Part shown: in pieces, positions 1 to 14,227 of the stretch | Layout of the letters: each line of letters begins with the position of its first letter | Numbering within the stretch: position 1 is the stretch's first letter | Assembly (NCBI GenBank): GCA_964016885.1 | Contig: OZ024741.1 | Span: forward strand, 105,462,001-105,526,000 | Reading direction: 5' to 3' | Length of the DNA stretch: 64,000 bases | Source: Eledone cirrhosa | Lineage: Eukaryota | Notes under the pieces: model-generated | Told to the model about the DNA's origin: nothing | Databases searched by the model: none | What the model saw: the letters and a program-made list of their open reading frames with translations, nothing else | Made by a program: the position numbers and the translations under genes

Positions 1-1312
1 TAAATTTGCCAATGTCTTGAGACGTGAAGTGTTCCGTATTGCAAGGCAGTGTGTTAGTGTGAATCGAGATGTTGGGGAAAAATGTGTTAGAAATGACACT
101 GGTTCACTTACCACCACTGATACCCAAAAGAAAGAGGCCTGGAAATGTTACTATGAGAGATTGATGAATGTAGAGAATAAATGGGAAGAAGAGAAACTAC
201 CCCCAACTTATCAAAAGGAAGAAACAGCTATTGAAGTCAGTTTTAGGGTCAAAGACACAATCAAGGAGATGAAGAATGGTAAAGCTGTGGGACTATCAGA
301 AATAGTTGCTGAGATGCTAAAAGCATTGGGAGAGGTAGGAGTCAAACTAGTAACCTACATAGTCAATCAGGTAATACATGACAGAGTCATACTCAATGAC
401 TGGTGCAGCAGTACAATCATAAATTGCTACAAGGGCAAAGGTGATTCTCTAGAAAGGAGTAACTATAGAGGAATAAAACTAATGGACCAAGTTATGAAGT
501 GACAGAAAGAGTTATAGTCCAGCTAATTAGGGAAAAAGTCAAAATAGATGAGTGAAGCAACTACAAGAGAAGTTCTTAGTAAAAAATAATCTACTGTATC
601 TAACTTTTGTTGATCTAGGGAAGGCCTTTGACAGAGTACCTCGATCTATTATCACGTGGTCCTCAAGGGAATTAGGTGTGGAAGAATGGCTTGTGAGAGC
701 AGTGTAAGCTATGTAGAGAAGAGCTACCAGTAAAGTGATAGTAGGAAATGAGTTTAGTTAGAAATTCAAGGTACAGGTAGGTGTTCATCAATGTTCAGTT
801 CTTAGCCCACAGCTGTTCATCATAGTTCTTCAGGCCATAACAGGAGTTTAAAATATGCTGCTTCTCTATGCAGAAGATTTGGTTCTTATAGCTGAAACAA
901 AAAAAGAACTAGAAAATAAATTCCAATTATGGAAACTGAATTTGGAATCAAAAGGTCTGAGAGTAAACTTAGCCAAAACTAAAGTGTTAGTGAGTAGGAG
1001 AGAAGATAGGACCAAGATTTTCCCAGGAAAGTGGCCATACTCAATATGTAAAAAAGGAGTAGGTATAAACTCCATACAATGTACACAATATAAATCTTGG
1101 ATACACAAAAAATGTAGTGGGATAATGAGTAGACTAACGAGAAGGGAGGACGACCAACAAAGACCTGGGCAGATGTAAGAGCTGACCTCAAATTGCTAAG
1201 ACTGGTAGAGGAGATGATGAAAGAATGCGACAGGTGGAGAGATACCATGCTGAGAAGGACCTGTCGAACCCATGCAAATATGGAAAAGCAGACGTAAAAA
1301 CAATGATGATAA
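1..1312 (+). mobile_element. RTE-clade LINE fragment (RT region, internally deleted, 3' tail), decayed
   Basis: ORFs 17-502 (KGKGD..NYRGIKL) and 855-1178 (LLYAEDLVL, a degenerate YADD; CSIC..WIHKKC). Tail ends ggacgtaaaa..tgatgat like the other RTE copies. Stops and frameshifts present. Confidence 0.9.
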
Positions 1313-1654
1313 TATTTATTAGATTATTTATTGTAAATATATTTCAATTTTGTTAGTAAATAACAGATGTTGGGTTTGTTGTTTCAGATGTTTGACTCCC
1401 ACTTGTAATGTCTTTGTTACATTCTTGGTTTTACCCCATAATTTTTAGCATGAGTTAAATACATTATTGCTTCTTCAATAATAACAAAAATAACTGATGT
1501 ACGTAGGAACTATCATTGCTGAATATGATTTACAATACCATGAAAAGTTACTGTATAGTGGTATGTTGTTGTTATTGTTATTAACCTATGTAGGTTAAGC
1601 TGACTATTTACAAAATTGCACTTCATTGGAGGTTTCTCAGGTGTTTTAATGATA

Positions 1655-1702
1655 GGTTTTCAGTCCAGGAAATTTTCATGAAAATTCCCTGGACTGAAAA
1701 CC
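1655..1702. repeat. 48-bp near-perfect spacerless palindrome
   Basis: ggttttcagtccaggaaattttca|tgaaaattccctggactgaaaacc; 24-bp arms, one mismatch. Confidence 0.95.
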
Positions 1703-1734
1703 AATTTGCTGTATGGCAGTTGTTATTGGTACTC

Positions 1735-1866
1735 GTTTTTTTTGAAGCAATGTTAATCGAAATGTCTTGCTGAAGGACACAATACACTGCCTGATTCAGG
1801 AATCAAGCCCATGACATTATGGTCATGTATCCAACATCTTAATGACTAAGCTACACACCTTCACAA
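1735..1866 (-). mobile_element. Degenerate tRNA-derived SINE head fragment
   Basis: Reverse complement resembles the SINE at 61149 (cttagtcattaagatg..ttgattcc..gtgtccttcagcaagacattt). Confidence 0.55.
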
Positions 1867-2711
1867 AGTGGCACACTTCAACAGTAGTATTTAACCCTCC
1901 TTGACAGCTTCACTGGAATTTATTTCATACTATTTACACTGAGCATTTCACAATATATAAAGATGGTTTTGTTTGTTATTCTATTTTACCTTATATTTCC
2001 ATAGTTTCAGTTCTATTTATAAACAGTCTTCCAACTGATGTTTTTTTAATGCATTTGGTAGAATGTGGGATTGTATGTCAGGCCTCTGGCCAATCCCAGC
2101 AATCAATAGAGCATGGGAACGTATATAAGTAGGATGTGGACCCAGCAGTGGCTCCATGTGAGTACTGACCAGTATGTGACAACATGACCAACCCTTGCTA
2201 GCAAGGATAATAGATGCTAAATGATGATGATGAGGATCTAAACCAGTGTAATTGTCTCACCTGCATACATCAACTGTTGTCCAGCTACTCTCTCAAATTA
2301 CTTGCCATCTACCTTCCGTACATGATTTGATGTTCAGCCACTTTCTCAAATTACTTATCATCTACCTTCTATACAACCTCATGCTGTATTTTCAACAGAT
2401 CAACATGTTTCTCACCAGCCACTACACATCTTTACATTCAATCAGATTAGTTGGGAGAAAAACTTGGTATAATAGAAATCAAAAGTTGCATGCATTTCAA
2501 GTGAATGAAGCCAAATTTTCTGACATCGGCCCTTGTATGTTGTATACAATCATGCATGTAATGAGCTGCTCCTCTGGAGCTTATGACTTACTGGCTAATA
2601 TTTCTTGTGTCACCTTTAGAATTGATGACATCTCAAAGGTAGATGTTGTTCTCTGTCTTTAACTTATCTTGATTTCTTTGCAGGAACCTCAACCTTTCTA
2701 TTCCAGTTTTG

Positions 2712-2880
2712 TCAACTGACTGGTTATTTTTTTGTCTCAATTTTGACATATATATCTACCATCAACTAACTGGCTACTTCTATCCCAATTTTGACATACA
2801 TGTCCACCATGAATTGACAGGTTACTTCTGTCCTAACTTTGTCATACATGTCCACTATGAACTGACTAGTTACTTCTTTT
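2712..2880. repeat. About 46-bp minisatellite, about 3.5 copies
   Basis: Recurring aactgactggttacttct..ttttgacatacatgtccaccatg. Confidence 0.8.
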
Positions 2881-2924
2881 AATCACAGAACTTGGATGAA
2901 CTGATTCTGTACCATGAAATGATA

Positions 2925-3035
2925 GTGAAGGCATGTGGCCTAGTTAAAGTATTGGACTCATGACCATAAGGTAGTGGGTTCAATTCCTTGACCAGGTTGT
3001 ATGTTATGTTTTGTGCAAGATGCTTCATTTTACGT
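2925..3035 (+). mobile_element. tRNA-derived SINE head fragment
   Basis: gaaggcatgtggcctagttaaag (box A-like), gggttcaattcc (box B), then gtgcaagatgcttcatttt. Confidence 0.6.
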
Positions 3036-3149
3036 AGGTTTGCATGATAGGACTAGGGTTACTATTATTATAATACTTGAGAAACTTCCTATGAAATGCA
3101 ACCTTGTCGGAGGCTAACTAAATATGCACACAATGTAGCTGTAAATTTC

Positions 3150-3838
<689 letters not shown>

Positions 3839-4079
3839 ATTAACTTTTGAGGAATCAATTTTTTCCTTCGCCAACATGACATCAGTAACATATAAGTAAA
3901 AATCTTTAAAATAATTTTATTTTGCACCCATATCACACCATGAAGGACATATCTGATCGCGTGTGTGTGTGCGTACCGGTGACAATACATTTTGCTTTGA
4001 TATTATTTCCTGGTATAATGATACTGATATATTACAGGGAATAAATTCCGCTCAATACATAATTTATTTAACACTAAGC

Positions 4080-4081
<2 letters not shown>

Positions 4082-4146
<65 letters not shown>
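4082..4146. repeat. (TA)n microsatellite
   Basis: Pure TA run. Confidence 0.95.
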
Positions 4147-4148
<2 letters not shown>

Positions 4149-4947
4149 CCTGGACACAATGCAACAGTGGATCTCAGACTGGCAACTCAAGCTAGCTGTG
4201 GACAAGTGCACCACCATGCATTTTGGGAGTAAAAACCCAGCGTCCACATACTCCCTCCACAGCACTAATATCAAGAAGTCTTCCTGTGAACGTGACCTGG
4301 GCATTACGGTCAGCAGCGATTTGCGTTGGACGAGGCACGTCTCTAAAATTGTCAAGAGGGCCGAGGGTGTCTTAGCATCACTCAGCAAGACCTTTGTCAG
4401 CCGCTCTCCAGATATCTATTTAAGGCTGTATACAGCTATGGTGCGACCACACTTTGCATCACCAGTCTGGAACCCCTATCTTGCTCAGGACATTGACCGC
4501 CTGGAAACTGTTCAGAGACGTGCAACCAAGCGAATACCCTCCATCAGGCATCTACCATACTCTGAGCGCCTTGCTTCCCTGGGCATGGATTCATTGAAGC
4601 TCCGACGCCTGACAACTGACTTGGTAAACACCCACAAAATTGTTAACCATGTTGCCAACAACAACCCTGAGTACCTTTTCGATTTCCATGTGTCTAACAC
4701 ACGTGGATATGCCCACAAAGTAAGAAAACAGCACAGTTCCCATGACTTTCGGAAACATTTTTTCACGCTCAGAGTTGCTGAAGCATGGAACAAACTACCT
4801 GCATCCTTTAAGGCCTCCATGCTTCCCGAGATCCGCCAACACTACAGCTAACACATACACTTCCCTGACATTTGTGTATTATTCTATGTACTATATTGAC
4901 GAGTTGTAGTGCACCTGAGCACTTTACACAATAATTTCATTATTATA
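4147..4947 (+). mobile_element. CR1-group LINE, 3' fragment
   Basis: ORF 4159-4851 has ERDLG, VRPH..SPVWNPY, LETVQRRATK, LPYSERL and FFTLRV..WNKLP. 3' UTR ends in cattattat. Confidence 0.9.
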
Positions 4948-4948
4948 T

Positions 4949-5600
4949 ACCAGCTGTCTTGCGTGAGAATGTCAATGTTGATATAGAGTGATCTCCCCTG
5001 GATGAGAACATTATTAAATGTTATTTAACGCATTAGTCTTTAAAAAATATAAATATATTTAATAGGATCATAACATTCTCCTTTCGGAATGCTCAACCAG
5101 TTAATTTTCTTGTCGTTAAGAATTTAAATACAAGTAAAATTAATTAATTTGTTTTTCAAAACTATAATTTATAGTAACCAATTATCTAAGCTATCTGCGT
5201 TGGAACGACTTTATTTTCAAATTAATAGTTGTTTTAGAAATTCCTAAATTACTATATTTCTCAAAAGTGTTCCAGTTGTGACCAGTCCTATTTTTGTAAA
5301 TCTATTATTGAAGGATGGTATAGGAAAACATACGAGTCGAGTCTCGCTATAATTTTTTAAATTGTAAGCAGTAATCATGTCACAGCTTAAAAAAAAAAAG
5401 CAGAGAGACTCTCATATGTTTATTATTCATAAACATATCGTTTATGCTTTCATATACACCTCTATTATAAAACATATGTTAGTGCTACTTCTAATTATAA
5501 CTGACTATACAAACTAATATATCCTTCAGACTGTCGTTTGAATTCTGTTTAGCTATATTTTCTAACAGAACGATCAACGACATAAAAGCACCCTCGTCTA
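4949..5600 (+). mobile_element. Possible highly degraded Helitron (PIF1 helicase C-terminal) remnant
   Basis: Only scattered traces of PIF1-like motifs across frames (RNLN-like, CVGTTL vs LCNGTRL, RLCF/YAF-like). No ORF. Confidence 0.25.
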
Positions 5601-5807
5601 TTTATTTTATTTGGCCTAATATATTTGAATTTACTAAGATGTAGATACAATTGAAAGTGTTTCTGAATGTATATAATTATATAAGGGACTTTTAAGGCAT
5701 TCGTTATCGTACTGGTAGGTGTTAATTAGATCAGTTATTTAGTATATTGAAAATGTTATCTAATCTAATTGAAATGAGAAAACTAAATGAAATTTACAGT
5801 TCGCACA

Positions 5808-5945
5808 TCTGTAGGTTTAGCTGGCCTCCAACAATCCACATCTCTGTAAGTTTAGCTAGCCTCCTACAGTCAACATTTATGTAGACATAGCTGACCTCCT
5901 GTGATGTTACAGCTCACACCTATGTAGGTTTAGCTGGCCTTCTAC
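5808..5945. repeat. About 36-bp minisatellite
   Basis: Recurring tgtaggtttagctggcctcc. Confidence 0.75.
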
Positions 5946-6039
5946 GAAGTTGCTTTTCATAGGTTTTAGTGGGTGTCTTAATGACAGGGGCTGCAGTTTT
6001 ACCATGAAAAGCAACCTGGAAGGATATGTCTTGGTTAAG

Positions 6040-6562
6040 AACACAATTCAGCCGAACGGAACAAAATCCTAAAATACTGTGATCTGTCGGCCAACTACAT
6101 TTTCCAACCTGTGGCGTTGGAGATGTTTAGGGAAGTCGGGCTACTGACTGCGAGATTCCTATCTTCACTGGCGGCTCGCCTAACAGAGGTAACTGGTGAA
6201 GCTCGTGAGGGCACTTCATTGTTCCAACACATCAGCCTCGCCATCACCCGAGGTAACACTGCGAGTATGCTGGGTTGCCTTAAAAATCATTAGAGATATT
6301 TCCCAGTGCTCCTCGCGATACTGTTATACTTTACTCTGGTAGCGGCTCGGTTGGTCACCCCTTTTGCTTTTTTCTTGTTGTAAGTGGTCCCAGATGTGTG
6401 TGCTAACCGCTTCTCTGTTTTGTTTTCTTTCTTTTCCTTTCTTTTTTTCCTGTTCTCCCTTTCCCTTATATTATAATTGTTTGTGCTTTCGTTCAGTAAG
6501 CATTGTATTATATTTCTTTTTGTTAATTTTTAAAATCAAAATGAATAAATAAGTAAAAAAAA
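6040..6562 (+). mobile_element. 3' end of a restriction-like-endonuclease non-LTR element (CRE-like)
   Basis: FQPVALE..G...ARFL..LA.RL...TGEARE...LFQHISLAITRGN.ASMLG matches the C-terminal signature of CRE-type elements. Followed by a T-rich UTR and aataaataa. Confidence 0.7.
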
Positions 6563-6692
6563 TCTAATTAACTAATATATAAACTAAATCACGTATTATA
6601 TGCACACACATAAACATATACGTATTTTCTTTCTTCTACATCAATCTTACACTGTGATATATTTTCTTATTTTACAGTTGTGCTGAATATTA

Positions 6693-8364
6693 GGCACTAC
6701 AACGCTATTAACTGTCAGTCCAAGCAGCCGATGGAAACAGGCGAAGGTGTCGTCACTCGTCAAACATCGTTTATTTCCGTATTACTACCACGCGTAAGTG
6801 GAGTTTTCACGCGTTTTTTGGAGAGAGAGAGAGGGGGGGGGGGAGACTTAAAAGGGCCAAATTAGAAAACAAATAGAAAACAGCTCATCGTTATAAAGCA
6901 TATCAATGTAAGTGGAGTTACTTAAATGAAAATATAGGTGGCTCTTAAAAGGGCCAAATTAGAAAACAAATTTAAGTTAATTAGAAAACAAGTCATGGTT
7001 ATCAAATAAATTTGATTTATTCATTTATATTTTCATTATTCACCAACCTTATTCAAAAGCATGTTTAGAAACATTTTTTCACCAACCTTATTCAAAAGCA
7101 TGGAATCAGATGACGGATATGTTCTAATAACTTTTGGAAAATTTCTCCTTTAAATTCATACCGCCACATGAATTCAATGAGATGGGTTTGAAGCAAATTT
7201 CTGGCTGTCCCGTTTTCCCTTTTATTCCTATCCTTTACGAATGTTTCCACAAGCATTCTATGTGATTCGTTGTGGCAAATGTTACTGGATCAGCAAAATT
7301 GATCGAATGGTTCACCGTCAAATGTTGATAGCCTAGCTGATCGATCGTATTATAGGAATGCCATAGATCAGATATTATGGTTGTTCCTGGCAATATACGA
7401 TCCTGTATAATGGTTAAAAGTGTCTCCGTTGTCCTGTCTTCTACTGCTACTAAAATACATCTTCTGGTACCTCTTTCCAAAGCACCAAAAACCCATTGTG
7501 TTTTCACAGAATGGCCACGATGGTATTTCCTTGTCACGAATGTGCTTTCATCAATCTCGACAATTCGGTTTGGCCCGCCAAGCTTAATGTTTTGTGCCAC
7601 ATAGTACTCTGCACATACATCACGGCAAAAATTTCGCCAATCTGCTACGGCCACATTCGCGATACGACATTCCTCTGAAATCTTCTTGGCTAAATCTTCT
7701 TTTGCCGAAAAATATAATATATCAACTATTTGTTCACACTTCAGATTGCTATTTTCTAAAAATGTGCCTTTTCTAATAGAAACCTGTTTTCTACATGGTC
7801 GTTTATATGACCAGATAATCCTATCTGACACATTCTGTTTCACTACTTCCAGCATATGTTGACCACATGAAGGGCAGACCTTTTGTGTATTCAGAAGTCC
7901 TTGAATTTTCAACCAATTGACGGTATCTGCTGTAGTAGAGATAGCGATGGAAAGATCGCGATGGTTAATTCCCTTAACACTTGGATATATTATAGAACTC
8001 ATTTTTCAACTTGCAGATGCGTGTATTATCACAAAGTGAAGATTAAAGTTTATTTACTTACACGTGATGTTGGTGGTGATTGTTGCTGATTGGTGGGGAT
8101 TGTCTCCATGGGCACTGTATCCATGCTTTTGAATAAGGTTGGTGAAAATAATTTGTTTTCTAAACATTTCTTCATAAATATATAGGGTTGGTGAAAAAAA
8201 TTTGATAACCATAATTTGGCCCTTTTAAGGGCCACCTATATTTTCATTTAAGTTAACTCCACTGTTGGTGAAAATGACTTGTTTTTTATATTAATAACCA
8301 TAACTATGAAAATATGTGACGTCATTCGTCAACCTTCCCCTACTTTCACTTCTGACAGCTAATA
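6693..8364 (-). mobile_element. Merlin (IS1595/ISXO2-like) DNA transposon, right terminus truncated
   Basis: Left TIR GGCACTACAACGCTATTAACTGTCAG. Partial right TIR ..ctgacagctaata at about 8350-8364. Subterminal inverted repeats 6912-6960 vs 8213-8263 and 7041-7100 vs 8122-8165. Confidence 0.85.
7105..8002 (-). pseudogene. Merlin DDE transposase, disrupted near the C-terminus
   Basis: 255-aa ORF with CPSC, VEIDES, WVFG, IISDLW, VNHS..F.DP and TNHIECLW. The C-terminal HLIEFMWR lies after a stop/frameshift at about 7235. Confidence 0.88.
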
Positions 8365-8369
8365 CCATG

Positions 8370-9390
8370 AACTGTAAAAATACAGCTAAAAGTTGCTGAC
8401 AAGTTTGTTTACCTTGGTAGTACGTTGAACACTTCATGCACACATGATAATGAAATATCCTTAAGAATCAAGAAAGCCAGTGATGCTTTTGGACGGCTGC
8501 ATCAACGTTTATGGTCCAGACGAGGTATCTATCGAAACCAAGGTGAAAGTGTATCTGACTTGTGTTGTCTCCTCTTTACTTTATGTTTGTGAAACGTGGG
8601 TCACATACAGAAAGCACCTCAAGGATCTGGAGAGATTTCACGAACAATCTCTTCATAAGTTACTTGAGGTGTGGTGGAAAATGTTCGCCAGTGATTTGGA
8701 AGTTCTAGAACGGAGCAGGTGCGTAACTATAGAGAGCATAATCTTTCGGTATCAGTTGAGGTGGTGCAGTCACGTGGTCCGGATGTCTGATGATCGTATT
8801 CCAAAGCAACTTCTCTATGGAGAACTGTGTGAAGGAGGGCGACCACCACATAAACCAAAAAGGCGGTACTGGGACTGTATCAGGGGCACCTTGGCTTGTG
8901 CTGGAATTTCATCTGACGAATGGGAGAAAATGGCTGATGAGCGTGTGAAGTGGAGACGTTTGATCAAGTCAGGTGGTGAACACTTTGAAACTCGTCTGAG
9001 AGAACACCTAACACTGAAAAGGAAGGTGAGAATTGAGACTGTTCTGAACTGCCTGCTGTTGAACATCATCTGGTTTGCCAGCACTGTGGTCGAGTCAGCC
9101 TGAGCAAAGCTGGTTTGATTAGACATGAACAAAGTCATATCAGTAGACCTCGTGTAGATTATGATCTGAAAAGGTGTAAGAAATGTACAAGCATGGGAGG
9201 TCTTAAAAGATACATGTGAACATACAGCCAGAACAAAGCAATGGAAGGTTTCGGGGGAGCCTAAAGTTGCCATGTGTGTGCCAGAGGGTGCAAGTATTTG
9301 GCTGGTTTAAAGAGTCATATTTGTGCTTCACATTTTTGAACATTTTATCGGGCGATGGCAATACTTGAACACGAGTTTGCAGCCATCATG
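8370..9390 (+). mobile_element. RTE-BovB-like LINE 3' fragment with C-terminal C2H2 finger
   Basis: KFVYLGS, LLY.CETW, QLRW.SHVVRM.DDRIPKQLLYGEL, then CQHCGRV.LSKAGLIRH..SH in another frame. Confidence 0.85.
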
Positions 9391-9424
9391 TAGTATGTAT
9401 GTATGTATGTATGTATGTATGTAT

Positions 9425-10020
9425 GTCGGGTCACTCTTGAGTGCTATTGGTAACATGTAACCCAGTACAACCTGTCGCATCGTCGGCGACTGAACCGGCA
9501 ACCCCACCAGTTTACTTGGTGAGGAGGGTGATTTTGGACACCCTGCAGGACAAAAAACAAAACCTGATAAAGGGCGGAAGATCTCATAAGAGTCAACGGC
9601 CATCCAAAAGTGTGTAAATATGTATATACACATGTACATATGTATGTATATGATTATGTGTATATACATGGGTGCATGTGTATGTACATGCGCGGGGACA
9701 TAGAAATAATCGGGCTGGACACCCGATCGCGCGGTTAAACCACTGGGAGTGAAGGACGCCTAGCCTTTGTCAGGGCATTCTTCTAGGAGAAGGCAACTCA
9801 GGAAACTGGGATAACTCCGATATAAAACCTGCGGCTCAGTAGTTACCGATGATGTTGATATTTTCTTCTTTTACTGTCGCTCAGAGAGTGGGATTGGCTC
9901 AGTGCACAGTCTTTCCTCATTTAAAAATATATCTTCATGCACAGGCATTGCACGATAGAATTAATTAATAATGGTATATCGTGCGATGGCCATACTCGAT
10001 AACGAGGGGGCAGCCATCGC
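9425..10020 (+). mobile_element. Probable RTE-type 5' UTR fragments
   Basis: 9500-9605 is similar to 51715-51820, which lies upstream of an RTE endonuclease remnant. Contains an RTE-like ctaggagaaggcaactc motif. Confidence 0.4.
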
Positions 10021-10039
10021 GCGTGCGTGCGTGCGTTTA

Positions 10040-10790
10040 TTCAGCTGATATAGGCTGGATTGATTGGAATATTCTGACGCGAATTCTTTCTGCTCTGTTA
10101 AATCGAAACAAATCTTGCCTTTTTATTTGAGGTTTTCTATATAAGAGATCGGGAGACCATGTTGATACTATGAAGGCCATTTGACCTAAGCCGCCTGGAC
10201 TATTGCTCCCAGCTGTGGTCACCCCATAGTATCAAACTAACCATGGAACTTGAGTCAATCCAACGAAGCTACACCAAGAGGATTGCACAATGAAGGAGAT
10301 GAGCTACTGGGAGAGGCTAAAAGAACTGAAACTCTACTCCTTGGAATGAAGATGGGAGAGATACGCAGTGATATACATATGGAAAATCCTGGAGGGACTA
10401 GCGCCAAACTTTGGTATTGAGAGCGGGACCAACCCTCGAACAGGACGTCACTGTGTGGTGACAAAGGTCCCGTCTTCCACATCTAGAACAAGAAGCAGAT
10501 ATTGCAATAGACTGGGGTTCAAAGGCCCTCAACTCTTCAACAAACTGCCGAGGGATTTGAGAGATCTACATGGTGTGGCCGTGGATATTTTCAAGAAACT
10601 TCTCGACATCCTGTTATCCAGGATCCCGGATGAGCCCACATCACGGTACGAAGGTAACCTAAGGGCAGCAGCAACGAACTCCCTCTTACATCAATGGCCA
10701 GCCAACACAGGCTGGAGATAGAATGTGTAGCAACAAGGGCAGTGCCCAATCATGGTCTCAGCTGGATGGCTGGAACAGCTAAAAGAGTAT
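10040..10790 (+). mobile_element. CR1/Jockey-group LINE 3' fragment
   Basis: SRLDYCSQLWSP, ELESIQRSYTKRI, IYIWKILEGLAPN, GPQLFNKLP..LR and LD..L..IPDEP. Confidence 0.85.
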
Positions 10791-11084
10791 ATATATATAT
10801 TTAATATAGAAATGGCTTCAACAGGACTAGAACTGTTTTATTTGGAGGAAATCATCAGAAAAGCCGACTGTCAATGTAATATGGTGGTATTTATACATTT
10901 TCTGGTGGTAGGGGAGGGTAGTAAATTGATGCTAAGTAGACAAACACATACACACTGACAGGCACTCCTAATTTTCAAGATTCATGTATTCCAAACAAAC
11001 AAAGGGTTTTCATTGAGTGGCAATATTAAAATGCTCTGCTAAAAGATATAAATATGTGTGGTGTTTGTGTATATATATATATAA

Positions 11085-13195
11085 GACCACAAGCAGGAGG
11101 AGAGTGACTTGGTGGTGGAACAATAAGGTAGATGGGGTAGTTAAGGCCAAGAGTCAGGCATGGAAAGAATGGAAGAACGGGGAGAGCAGGGTACATTACA
11201 TAGAGACCAAGAGGGAAGCTAGGCAACAAGTATACTCAGCTAGGAGGGAAGCAGAGGATAGAAAATTCAAGCATGTTTTGCAACGAGAGGACCAGAAACA
11301 GAAGGTGTTCAAGATTGCGAGGCAGTGTGTCAGAGAGAATTGTGATGTCATTGGAGAGAAGTGTATCTGGAATGATAAAGGTGAGCTTGCCCTCACAAGT
11401 GCTGATAAGAAAGATGCATGATAGATTACTAAATGAGGAGAATGCATGGGAAGAAGAGACCCTACCCCAAGTAGACCCTATAGAGGGGCCAGCAGTTCAA
11501 GTTAGCAGCAGCGTAGTAAGTAAGGCAATCAAAGATATGAAGATGGGGAAGGCAACCGGTCCATCGGGTATAGCTGCTGAAATGCTGAAGGCATCTGGGT
11601 CTGTAGGTCACACTATAACTACACGTATTGTTAACCAGGTAATACTAGGTGTCATACCAAAAGATTGGTGCAGTAGCATCATTGTCAACTGCTACAAAGG
11701 TAAAGGTGATGCACTCGATAGAGGAAACTATAGAGGTATAAAGCTGATGGACCAGGTCATGAAAGTAACAGAAAGAGTTATAGCACAGTTGATTAGGGAC
11801 CGGGTGAAACTAGATGAGATGCAATTTGGGTTTGTACCAGGAAGAGGCACCACTGATGCGCTCTTCCTTGTGAGGCAGTTACAGGAAAAGTACCTAGCTA
11901 AAAGTAAGCCACTCTACCTGGCATTTGTCGATCTGGAGAAAGCCTTTGACAGAGTTCCATGTGCTGTAATCTGGTGGGCTCTTAGAAAACTAGGAGTAGA
12001 TGAATGGCTTGTGAAAGCTGTACAAGCCATGTATAGGGGAGCAGTCAGCAAAGTTAGGATTAGCAATGAGTATAGCGAGGAATTTAGAAAACAGAACCCA
12101 GATCCCCTCAGGGAAATGGCCTTGCAAAGTATGTAGGAACTCCATTCTCAGCCCCAAATGCAAACAATGGGTACACAAGAGATGTAGCTGGATCTCAGGA
12201 AGCTTAATTAAGAATGTAGGCTTCACATGTAGCAGCTGTACTGGGACAGCAAGCAGCAAACAGCCACAGGAAACAAGTACCACCAATCTCTGGGAGGGCT
12301 CTGTAGAGACAGTAGACAGTTTCTGCTACCTAGGTGACCGAATTAGCAGCGGAGATGGGTGTTCAGAAAGTACAATAACTAGGGTAAGAACGGGATGGAA
12401 GAAGTTCAGGGAACTACTGCCACTGCTAAAGGCTTCTCCCTCAAAATGAAAGGCAGACTGTATGATGCGTGTATCTGAACTGCAATGTTACATGGTAGTG
12501 AGACCTGGGCACTGAAGGTGGAAGACTTACGTAGATTAGAGAGAAACGAAGCCTGCATGCTCTGATGGATGTGTAATAGTAATATACGCAACCGACAAAG
12601 CATAAATGAATTGAGAGAGAGACTGAGCATAAGAGGAATCAAATGTTGTGTGCAGAAGAGGCGGTTGCGTTGGTATGGACATGTGATGCGTATGAAGGAT
12701 GACAGCTGCATAAAAAGGTGCAGAGCACTAGAAGTCGATGGAAACCGCGGAGTGGGGAGACCCAAGATGACCTAGGATGAGGTGATAAAAGCCGACCTTA
12801 CCCAATTACACCTCTTCAAGGTGATGACACACGACCGTGACCTCTGGCGTCACGCAGTAATACAGAGTACCCGACCTCCCATGGGTACAAGCTGAAGCAT
12901 ATAGACAATATGCCCCCACACCCTCCCACTGCAAGGTGGTCGTGGAGGTGCCACGGCAAAAAAGCACCCAGCCTACACTGTAAAGTGGACGTGTAGGTGC
13001 CACGAAAAAGCACCCAGCACTCACTGTAAACGAGGTTGGTGTTAGGAAGGGCATCCAGCTGTAGAAATCAAGCCAAATCAGTTCCTGTATGAGCAAGGCA
13101 TGGTCAGCCGACCAGACACTGCCCACAACAGGACAACCTGTCTAACCCATGCTAGCGTGGAAGAACGGACGTAAAACGGCGATGATGATGGTGAT
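11085..13195 (+). mobile_element. RTE LINE, 5'-truncated with an internal deletion at about 12085
   Basis: VTWWWN, NYRGIKL, QFGFVPGRGTTDA, AFVDLEKAFDRVP, a PHD-like Cys cluster and RLRWYGHV. The 3' UTR carries about 45-bp repeats and a (GAT)n tail. Confidence 0.93.
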
Positions 13196-13219
13196 CATAT
13201 ATATATATGTGTGTGTGTG

Positions 13220-13985
13220 CAAATTTCAATAATATTAAGACACCCCAATGGGGGTTAAACGCCCTATAGTGAAAAGTTTGGCCAATAAATGGAACAAGAT
13301 TTTACGAACTCCTATGGTTTTGGAGATAGAACCCCATAACCATATATATTCTGAAACTACATTGCCCAGGGTACTTGTATAAGTATATTTCATTTTCATC
13401 AAAGGGTTCATCGGGGGGCACAAAACCACCGCTGAAACTTTACCTTCGATTTATATGAAATTTAAACCATAGGTAAATGACAAGATATGATGCCTATTCA
13501 CAAAATTTCAGCAAATTTCAATAAAATTAAAATACCCTAATGGGGGTTAAACCCCCTATTAGGGTTCACCGGTAGCACAAACCCCTGCTGAAAATGTTTT
13601 CCCTTCGATTTATATGCAATTTAAACCATAGGTAAACGACAAGATATGATGCCTATTCACATCATTTCAGCAAATTTCAATAAAATTACAATACCCTAAT
13701 GGAGGTTAAACCCCCTATTAGGGTTCACCAGGGGGCACAAAATCCGCGGTGAAAATTTTTTCGGTTCGATTTATATGCAATTTAAACCATAGATAAATGA
13801 AGAGATATGATGCCTATTCACAAAATTTCAATACTATAAGATACCCTAATGGTGGTTAAACCCCCTATTAGTATTCCCCGGGGGGTACAAACTCCCGGGG
13901 AACCCTAATACCTTTCTATTTATATGAAACTTAAACCATAGGTAAATGACAAGATATGATGCCTATTCACAAAAGTTTTCAATTG
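13220..13985. repeat. About 160-bp tandem repeat (4-5 copies) with an internal hairpin; possibly Helitron/Helentron-derived
   Basis: ttcgatttatatg..aaaccataggtaaatgacaagatatgatgcctattcac recurs at about 13447, 13605, 13767 and 13916. Hairpin accctaatggggg-ttaaa-ccccctattagggt. Confidence 0.8.
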
Positions 13986-14227
13986 ATATTTTGAAAAAAA
14001 TTATTTACAAGAAACAAAATAAGAATTAATAATGCAATTTTGATTTGATATATAAAAAAAAAAAATGATGTTTTCCAATTTTTCATGCATTATATTTTAC
14101 ATTGAGTAATATTGAGTTTTTCCTCATAAATTATATCACTGATTTAAAACCAATCATCATTTTCTTACAGAAAAAAAAAATGTGTGAAACGCAGCAGCTG
14201 GTAACTCGGTGTGTGCGCGTGCGTGCG

